A stretch of 10,952 nt of DNA from contig JANLOX010000308.1 of NCBI GenBank assembly GCA_031366795.1, forward strand, positions 1-10,952. The letters are read 5' to 3'. This document shows, piece by piece, positions 1-5,747 of this stretch. The notes below the pieces were generated by a model. The model had not been told where the DNA came from, did no database searches, and saw only the letters and a list, made by a program, of their open reading frames with translations. Position 1 is the stretch's first letter. Each line of letters starts with the position of its first letter. Origin of the DNA: Candidatus Eiseniibacteriota bacterium. GTDB lineage: Bacteria > Eisenbacteria > RBG-16-71-46. The translations under genes and the position numbers were made by a program.

Positions 1-204
1 TGGGAATCCAACCGTTGATTTGCACCCGCCGGGCAATTTGCACGTCCATTGTCCAGCCCGCGTCCAGCGGGGTTCAGATCGATCGCAATTCGTCCGATCT
101 AACCTAGGAACCGAAGGGTCGAGCTTGCCCCTGTCCCGATCGCTCTCCTAAACTTCATCAAGCTCGCTCCTGAACTTGGCCAAATTACCGACCCGAGGCA
201 TTCG

Positions 205-1134
205 ATGAACCTGCGGCACGCCTATCGTCCCTGGCTCGCGATCATTCTGCTGGTCTTGGCAGCCTCCCTGTCGGCTGGGTGCAGCAGGTCCCCAACGAAA
301 CCGGTCGCGGTCAAACCGATTCCGCAGGCGGACGCCGACGACATCGTGCAGCTCGTCGCGACCACACTGTCCGCGGATAACGGCGGGTGGTACTGCCTCG
401 TGAAAGCCTTTTCCGAGTCGCTATCCTTCGCTCCGCCGGTGCTTCCGGTGACCGCGGGCGGCGGAGAGCGCTGGTCGGTGCCGCTGTCGCAGGGCAACAG
501 GATTCGCAACGACTTCTCGCTGTCGAAGGGCCAGATCACCTACCTGTTGCAGACGGGATGGATTCACGGCGACGGCACCAAAACCGCCTCGCGCGACACG
601 GCGTCGCGCGATCTCGAGTCGCTTGTTTCCGCTGATGGCGGACGATTCGAAGGGGTGAATGGGATCGAGCTCGGTACCTACGGCTGCCATTCATACGCAC
701 TCAACTCGACGATCGACAGCACGTTCTTCGCCACGAATCTCGCGGCGAGCGATCCCGATACCATCGAGTTTAGTGGGTTCCTCGACGACTCCTGCTTCGC
801 GATCGTGCATAGCACCTTCATGCCGGGGGCATCGGGGCGTTATTGGTACCACCAGAACTTCGCCGACTACACGCTGCGCATCCCCAAGACGGCGCTGATT
901 TCGTCGCCTTACCCGGTGGGATCGACCAGCGAAATCCATTGGAACATCGAGGCCTACGGGCTCAACACACCGGGGCGGCAGGACTTTGGGTTCGGCGAAT
1001 TGATCGAAGCCCGCATGACCTTCGACGGCACGCCCGTCGGCCGACTGGAACTGGCGGACGTTTCCAGCGATCCTTCGTGGTCATACCGCTACACGGTCAA
1101 CCTCAACACCGGCCAGATCGCCCGACTGCCCTAG
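205..1134 (+). CDS. Hypothetical lipoprotein, 309 aa, probably beta-rich
   Basis: ATG at 205 with GAGG at 195-198. Basic n-region (R4, R8), hydrophobic core and lipobox LSAG-C26 (TGC at 280-282), followed by a Pro-rich tether (SRSPTKPVAVKPIP). No catalytic family recognised. Confidence 0.8.
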   Translation: MNLRHAYRPWLAIILLVLAASLSAGCSRSPTKPVAVKPIPQADADDIVQLVATTLSADNGGWYCLVKAFSESLSFAPPVLPVTAGGGERWSVPLSQGNRIRNDFSLSKGQITYLLQTGWIHGDGTKTASRDTASRDLESLVSADGGRFEGVNGIELGTYGCHSYALNSTIDSTFFATNLAASDPDTIEFSGFLDDSCFAIVHSTFMPGASGRYWYHQNFADYTLRIPKTALISSPYPVGSTSEIHWNIEAYGLNTPGRQDFGFGELIEARMTFDGTPVGRLELADVSSDPSWSYRYTVNLNTGQIARLP

Positions 1135-1170
1135 GCACGGCACAGCGCGCATCCGGCCTTGGAGGCTGCG

Positions 1171-2166
1171 ATGCTCGGATTCGCGCTGTTGCCGTTGCTG
1201 GTGGCGATGCCCGTTGCTTCATCTGGGCTCGTCGCTCCCCTCGCCCACACCTACTCGATCGTCGCGCGTGATTCCGTGACCGGCGAACTGGGCGTCGCCG
1301 TCCAATCCCACTACTTCAGCGTGGGCCCCGTCGTTCCGTGGGCCGAGTCCGGCGTGGGCGCCATCGCCACGCAGTCGCTGGTGCTGATCGACTACGGCCC
1401 GCGCGGGCTCGACCTGATGCGCACCGGCATGACCGCGCAGCAGGCGCTCGACGCGCTCAAGGCCGCCGACGCGGGCGTCGACGGCCGCCAGGTCGCGATG
1501 GTCGATGCGCACGGCAACGTGGCGGCGCACACCGGCAAGTCGTGCATCCCATCGGCCGGCATGCACACGGGTGCCCAGTATTCGGTGCAAGCCAACCTGA
1601 TGAGGAACGACAAGGTGTGGCCCGCGATGGCCGCGGCGTACGAGAGCGCGCAGGGCGATCTCGGCGAGCGCATGTTGCAGGCGCTGGAAGCCGGCCAGCG
1701 CGCGGGCGGCGACATTCGTGGCAGCCAGAGCGCGGCGATCCTCGTGGTGAAGGGAACTCCCAGCGGACGGCCGTGGGCCGATCGTGTGCTCGACCTCCGC
1801 GTCGAGGACAACCCGCTGCCCTTGGTGGAGCTGCGCCGGCTGATGCGGCTGCGGCGCGCTTACAACCTCGAGGACGCGGGCGACAATTTCATCTCGGACA
1901 AGAAATTTCCCGAGGCGATGGAAGCCTACGAAGCCGCGATGAAGCTCGCGCCCGATGTCGTGGAGCTGCAGTTCTGGGCTGCCGTCTCGATGCTGACCAA
2001 CGGCCGCGAGGCGGAAGGACTCATGCTGTTCCGCAAGGTATTCGCGAAGGAGAAGCGCTGGGTCGCGCTGGTGCCACGGTTGGCGCAGGTGGGGCTGTTC
2101 CCGAACAACCCCGACAAGCTCGCGAGGGTCGCGGCGCAGGCGAAGGGCTCAACCGCGCCGCAGTGA
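1171..2166 (+). CDS. DUF1028 family (Ntn-hydrolase-like) protein with N-terminal leader and C-terminal TPR-like helices
   Basis: DUF1028 motifs TYSIVARD, GVAVQSHYFSVG, GAIATQS, RQVAMVD, GGDIRGSQSAAILV and DLRVED. ATG 1171 is preferred over TTG 1159 because GGAGG lies at 1161-1165. The tail EAMEAYEAAMKLAPD...FWAAVSML..GREAEGLMLFRKVF is TPR-like. Confidence 0.88.
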   Translation: MLGFALLPLLVAMPVASSGLVAPLAHTYSIVARDSVTGELGVAVQSHYFSVGPVVPWAESGVGAIATQSLVLIDYGPRGLDLMRTGMTAQQALDALKAADAGVDGRQVAMVDAHGNVAAHTGKSCIPSAGMHTGAQYSVQANLMRNDKVWPAMAAAYESAQGDLGERMLQALEAGQRAGGDIRGSQSAAILVVKGTPSGRPWADRVLDLRVEDNPLPLVELRRLMRLRRAYNLEDAGDNFISDKKFPEAMEAYEAAMKLAPDVVELQFWAAVSMLTNGREAEGLMLFRKVFAKEKRWVALVPRLAQVGLFPNNPDKLARVAAQAKGSTAPQ

Positions 2167-2255
2167 ACGCGGCGGCCGCGGGCACGCTGCGGTGAACACG
2201 CGGCGCGCACGCGGCGAGAGACGCTCGCAACGAGGCGCGCCCGCCGGGCCCCGCG

Positions 2256-3008
2256 TTATTCCATCAACTCGCGCAGCCGCGCGTAGCCGGCGCGGCTCAC
2301 GGGCAGCTCGCGGCCGTCCTTCAAGATCGCGACGCGGCTGTCCTTGGCGTAGGGCTCGAGGCGTTCGAGGCGGTCCAAGTTCATCAGGTACGAGCGGTGA
2401 ATGCGCACGAAGCGCGCGGGATCGAGCGACTCCTCGATATCGCCGAGCGTCTGCCCCTTCAGGTAACGCTCGCCACCCGCGTGGATGCACACGTAGTCGT
2501 CCTGCGCCTCGATGTAGTCGACCTTCTCGACGCCCAGCACGTGCACCTTGGCCTGGTCGCGCACGAGAATACGCTCCGCCGGCTTGCGGTCGGGGCGTGC
2601 ATCCGCCGCGAGCCGCGTCGCAGAGACCACGGACGGCTTGCCAATGCGCGCGCGCGCATGGTTCAGGGCGTCCGCCAGCCGCTCGGGGCTGAACGGCTTG
2701 AGCAGGTAGTCGGCCGCGTGGACCTCGAAGGCTCGCAGGGCGTGCTGGTCGTACGCCGTGACGAAGATCACCGCGAGGTCGCGGTCGATCAGTTCGAGCA
2801 CCTCGAAGCCGTCGAGCTTGGGCATCTGGATATCGAGGAACATCAGGTGGGGCGGCGTTTCCGCGACGACCTTGATGGCCTCGAAGCCATTCTCGCACTC
2901 GGCGACGACTTCGATGTCGTGATGGACGGACAGGTACTCGCGCAACAACTGCCGCGCGAGCGGTTCGTCATCGACGATGACGGCACGAATCCGTTCGGAT
3001 GCGTTCAT
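2256..3008 (-). CDS. LytTR/AlgR-family two-component response regulator
   Basis: Receiver motifs VIVDDEPLAR, FLDIQMP (phospho-Asp), FVTAYD and YLLKP. LytTR domain motif FVRIHRSYLMN..LPVSR. Its start overlaps the kinase stop (ATGA, 3005-3008). Confidence 0.96.
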   Translation of the reverse strand: MNASERIRAVIVDDEPLARQLLREYLSVHHDIEVVAECENGFEAIKVVAETPPHLMFLDIQMPKLDGFEVLELIDRDLAVIFVTAYDQHALRAFEVHAADYLLKPFSPERLADALNHARARIGKPSVVSATRLAADARPDRKPAERILVRDQAKVHVLGVEKVDYIEAQDDYVCIHAGGERYLKGQTLGDIEESLDPARFVRIHRSYLMNLDRLERLEPYAKDSRVAILKDGRELPVSRAGYARLRELME

Positions 3009-4132
3009 GCGACCTCCACGGCGGCGCCCGATGTGGGCGTGGCCGATTGCGTTTGAGTTGCGCCTGCTTCGGGTTCGCGATCGACTGCGGGCAACACGAC
3101 TTCCACACGATAGCGGCCGCCGGATTCAATGCATTCTACTCGCGTCGCGCCCGGATGCAGCGAGGCGAGGCGGGATTTCACGTTGGCCACGCCTAATCCC
3201 TGGCCGCGGCTTGCCGGGCGCTCGGGATCAGCGGGGTTCTCGACCGTGATCTCGAGGCGGCCCGCGATGCGGCGCGCGGTGAGCCGCACCACTCCCCCTT
3301 CGATCGAATGCGCGATGCCATGCGTCACGGCGTTCTCGACCAGCGGCTGCAGTAGCAGCGCCGGAACCGGGCACCCGAGTGCCGCGGGATCAATGTCGTG
3401 CTCGAGCTTCAAGCGGTCGCCGAAGCGCACGCGTTCGATCTCGAGGTAGCGCTCTGCAAGATCGAGTTCTTCCTCGAGCGGGATCTCGCGGCGGCCGCCG
3501 AGCGCCAGGCTGCGGCGCAGGAAGTCGGCCAGCATCACGCACATGGTGCGCGCGCGCACCGGGTCCGAGCCGGCCAGCGAGGCCACGGCGTTCAAACCAT
3601 TGAACAGGAAGTGCGGATTGATCTGCGCGCGCAACGCCCGCAACTCGGCGTCACGCGTCTGGACCTGCGCTTCCAGGGCGAGCCGCTCGGCATCGCGTGC
3701 GTCCTCGAACGAGATCATCAGGTAACTGAGCATCGTCACGCAGAAGAACAACAACGCGCCTAACGCGCTGATCAACGGCGCGTCGAAGCGGTAGCGCGAG
3801 AACGCGTCGGGGAAGCTCGGGTGATGCTGGAGCACGTACGCAACGACCGAACCCGCCGCCACCCACAGCGCGACCGAGACCACCAGCGAGAGCACGTGCG
3901 ACACCGTGAAGCGCAGCAGGTTGCGGCCGTCCAGCGGCAGCGCGCGGCACATCGGCCACTGCGCCATGCACATGAAGGCCGCCAGCAGCGTCAGCGGCGC
4001 GCCGATCAGCGCCCCCTCGAGGAGGCCGCGATGCTCGGGCACGGCCAGCGTCGCGCTGACCAGCGCCACCACGGGCAGCCACGCGGCGAGATAGAGCTCG
4101 ACGCGAATCCGGCGGGCAAGGACCGGATGCAT
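3005..4132 (-). CDS. LytS/YehU-type membrane sensor histidine kinase
   Basis: About 4 N-terminal TM segments, H-box LRAQINPHFLFNGLN, YLEIERVRFGDRL, N-box LQPLVENAVTHG and G-box GQGLGVANVKSRL. Start placed at ATG 4132 (MHPVLARR), 1 nt after the upstream stop, rather than at 4174. Confidence 0.93.
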   Translation of the reverse strand: MHPVLARRIRVELYLAAWLPVVALVSATLAVPEHRGLLEGALIGAPLTLLAAFMCMAQWPMCRALPLDGRNLLRFTVSHVLSLVVSVALWVAAGSVVAYVLQHHPSFPDAFSRYRFDAPLISALGALLFFCVTMLSYLMISFEDARDAERLALEAQVQTRDAELRALRAQINPHFLFNGLNAVASLAGSDPVRARTMCVMLADFLRRSLALGGRREIPLEEELDLAERYLEIERVRFGDRLKLEHDIDPAALGCPVPALLLQPLVENAVTHGIAHSIEGGVVRLTARRIAGRLEITVENPADPERPASRGQGLGVANVKSRLASLHPGATRVECIESGGRYRVEVVLPAVDREPEAGATQTQSATPTSGAAVEVA

Positions 4133-4133
4133 G

Positions 4134-4919
4134 TCAGTTCTTGATTTCCACGCCGCCCATGATCGAGAACCCACGAATGATCAAGACCTTCGAAGGATTG
4201 CCCGCGATTTCCTTGCGGTTGTCCTCGATGGCGCCAAGGATCGCCACGCCTTCGTTCTGGATCACCCAATCGCCCGGAACGTAGAGATCGATGCCGCCCA
4301 TCAGCGCGAACACATCGAACACCGCCGGCCCTGTCAAGATGCCGCTGGGCCGCAGGTCGATCTCGCAGCCGCCCATGAATGCCGTCGCGTCACCCGTCTT
4401 GAAGTCGGGCGTGAACACGCGACGCGAAGCACTGCTCATCATGGCGAAGGCGCTGGTGTGCGCGCCGGTGTCGGCGGGTGTGGATGGGGGATCGGGAAAA
4501 CCCGCCCCCCTGCGGTAGCGCCCAACGCCGCGGATTCGCGAGCCGCGCGTCAGCATGTGCACGCCGAAGATGATGATGATCGTGGGCCAGAACAGCCGCC
4601 ACAGGCTGATGCTGATGAGATCGTAATTGTTGGCCAGCAGACCCGCGCCGAGAAACAGGTAGAGCGCGCTCTTCAAGCGGCCCGAGTTGGTGCTCGAATT
4701 GATGAGCTTGGCCAACCCAATGATGATGAAGATGGCAGGCCACATGCGGCTCACCTGCCGCCACACGTCCCCAATGCCCGGAACATCGAGCGCGTCGAGC
4801 AGGAACAACACCCCGACCAGGATGACGGCGAGACCAAGAATCAATCGCCCGGTGAAACGCGGTTGGAAGCCGTGGTCCGGGGTTGTGATTGGCGGGTTCG
4901 ACGTGCTCGGCGTGTCCAT
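4134..4919 (-). CDS. LiaF-like membrane protein (N-terminal LiaI/LiaF-type TM domain plus C-terminal DUF2154-like beta domain)
   Basis: TM helices with WP motifs (GLAVILVGVLFLLD, MWPAIFIIIGL, FWPTIIIIFG). C-terminal repeats AFMGGCEIDLR, ALMGGIDLYVPGDW, AILGAIEDNR and SIMGGVEIKN. GAGGAG at 4934-4929 lies 9 nt upstream of ATG 4919, which favours it over 4928 or 4991. Confidence 0.85.
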   Translation of the reverse strand: MDTPSTSNPPITTPDHGFQPRFTGRLILGLAVILVGVLFLLDALDVPGIGDVWRQVSRMWPAIFIIIGLAKLINSSTNSGRLKSALYLFLGAGLLANNYDLISISLWRLFWPTIIIIFGVHMLTRGSRIRGVGRYRRGAGFPDPPSTPADTGAHTSAFAMMSSASRRVFTPDFKTGDATAFMGGCEIDLRPSGILTGPAVFDVFALMGGIDLYVPGDWVIQNEGVAILGAIEDNRKEIAGNPSKVLIIRGFSIMGGVEIKN

Positions 4920-5004
4920 AGGGGGCATCTCCTCGCGTACTCGGCGCGGATCCGGTCGGGGTGAATCGGAGCGCTTGCCCCGCGAAGCCACCTGGCCTCG
5001 TGCA

Positions 5005-5022
5005 GGCCGGGATCTCCCGGCC
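5005..5022. repeat. Perfect 8-bp inverted repeat GGCCGGGA-TC-TCCCGGCC
   Basis: Read directly from the sequence: 5005-5012 is the reverse complement of 5015-5022. Confidence 0.7.
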
Positions 5023-5029
5023 CACAGCT

Positions 5030-5035
5030 AATCTA
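5030..5035 (-). promoter_or_regulatory. Putative sigma70-type -10 element (TAGATT) of the liaF-like/kinase/LytTR operon
   Basis: Minus-strand TAGATT fits TAnnnT. There is no recognisable -35 at 17 bp, consistent with activator dependence. It lies about 30 bp downstream of the direct repeats. Confidence 0.4.
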
Positions 5036-5066
5036 CGGCAGCTATTGGAGTTCGCTGGCCAGCTAT

Positions 5067-5103
5067 TCGGTGAATGGCGGTTGGGGATCGGTGAATGGAG
5101 GTT
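5067..5103 (-). promoter_or_regulatory. Putative LytTR binding site (direct repeat, 21-bp period)
   Basis: TCGGTGAATGGCGGTT (5067-5082) and TCGGTGAATGGAGGTT (5088-5103) are 15/16 identical and 21 bp apart. The minus-strand core is CCATTCACC. Confidence 0.7.
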
Positions 5104-5185
5104 TTCAGGGGATTCCTGACGCCCCGGAGCAGTATCCTGCGCGCGTACGCAGCTCCACGAGGCATTCTCACAGAGGAGGCCAGGG

Positions 5186-5629
5186 ATGCGGAAGAAGAAG
5201 GCGACGCGGAACAAGGCTGCTGCACGCGGGAAGGTCGCGAAGAAGAAGGCGGTGCGGCGGAAGACGACGGCGCGCGGGAAGAGCGCGAAGAAGAAGCGCA
5301 CGGCGCCGAAGCGTGCGGTGCGGAAGGCGGCCCGCAAGACCGCGGCGAAGCGCGCCGGGAAGAAGCGCGCCACGAAGAAGCGCGCCACGAAGAAGCGCGT
5401 CGCGAAGGTGGCGGCGAAACGCGCGAAGGCCGCGAAGCCTGCGAAGCGCCCGGCGGTAAAGGTGGTCGCGGCGATCCCCAAGCTCCGGCCGACAACGACC
5501 GAGATTCCCGTTGAAGAACCCGAGATCGAAGACGAATTCGAATCCGGAGATGCCCCCGAGCCGCTCGATCTGTTTCCGCCCGATCCGGCGGAGGCGAATG
5601 ATGATGAGGATACCGGGGGAAATTGGTAG
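5186..5629 (+). CDS. Histone H1-like Lys/Arg/Ala-rich protein with an acidic C-terminal tail
   Basis: Strong RBS GAGGAGG at 5173-5179. This frame has G/C-ending codons (AAG, GCG, CGG). Residues 1-101 contain 47 K/R and no D/E; residues 102-147 contain 17 D/E and no K/R (hand count). Confidence 0.8.
   Translation: MRKKKATRNKAAARGKVAKKKAVRRKTTARGKSAKKKRTAPKRAVRKAARKTAAKRAGKKRATKKRATKKRVAKVAAKRAKAAKPAKRPAVKVVAAIPKLRPTTTEIPVEEPEIEDEFESGDAPEPLDLFPPDPAEANDDEDTGGNW
5359..5399 (+). repeat. In-frame 15-bp tandem repeat (GAAGAAGCGCGCCAC x ~2.7) encoding KKRAT
   Basis: Units at 5359-5373 and 5374-5388, plus a partial unit at 5389-5399. Confidence 0.85.
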
Positions 5630-5651
5630 GAATGGAAGGCGGCGCGGGACG

Positions 5652-5674
5652 CGGGCGGTTTTCGAGACCGCCCG
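5652..5674. terminator. GC-rich hairpin between convergent genes, possible terminator or 3'-stabilising stem
   Basis: CGGGCGGT (5652-5659) pairs with ACCGCCCG (5667-5674), 22 nt after the histone-like stop. There is no U-tract on either side. Confidence 0.45.
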
Positions 5675-5747
5675 ATTCAGATCGCCCTCGACAACGGCAC
5701 CCTTCGAACTGCTCAAGACCCACGCTCAACGAAGCTCTCTTCGTCCA

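Noticed and set aside
2163..2255. GC-rich palindrome (2168-2180) and CACGCGGCG/GTGAAC repeats between convergent genes
   Set aside because: Short, irregularly spaced, almost all G/C and without a U-tract. Not supportable as a terminator, REP element or CRISPR array.
1338..2898. Arg/Gly/Ala-rich alternative-frame ORFs (285, 249 and 166 aa)
   Set aside because: Typical off-frame translations of GC-rich genes, overlapping the better supported DUF1028 and LytTR CDSs.
5039..5103. Direct repeats considered as a mini-CRISPR or insertion-site duplication
   Set aside because: Only two 16-bp copies 5 bp apart, with no cas, transposase or integrase gene. The geometry fits a LytTR site much better.
5105..5138. 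Possible promoter of the histone-like gene (TATCCT at 5133-5138; TCAGG/CCTGA inverted repeat at 5105-5119)
   Set aside because: No credible -35 at proper spacing and only a 5-bp stem, too weak to call.
5095..5514. 139-aa Glu/Arg-rich ORF overlapping the histone-like gene
   Set aside because: Frame-shifted shadow of the AAG-rich frame. It has many A-ending codons (GAA, CAA), and the strong GAGGAGG RBS serves ATG 5186.
4390..5729. Long minus-strand ORFs (363, 233 and 182 aa; Phe/Arg- or Ser-rich)
   Set aside because: Antisense shadows of the low-complexity Lys/Ala gene. They also cross the promoter region and the liaF-like gene.
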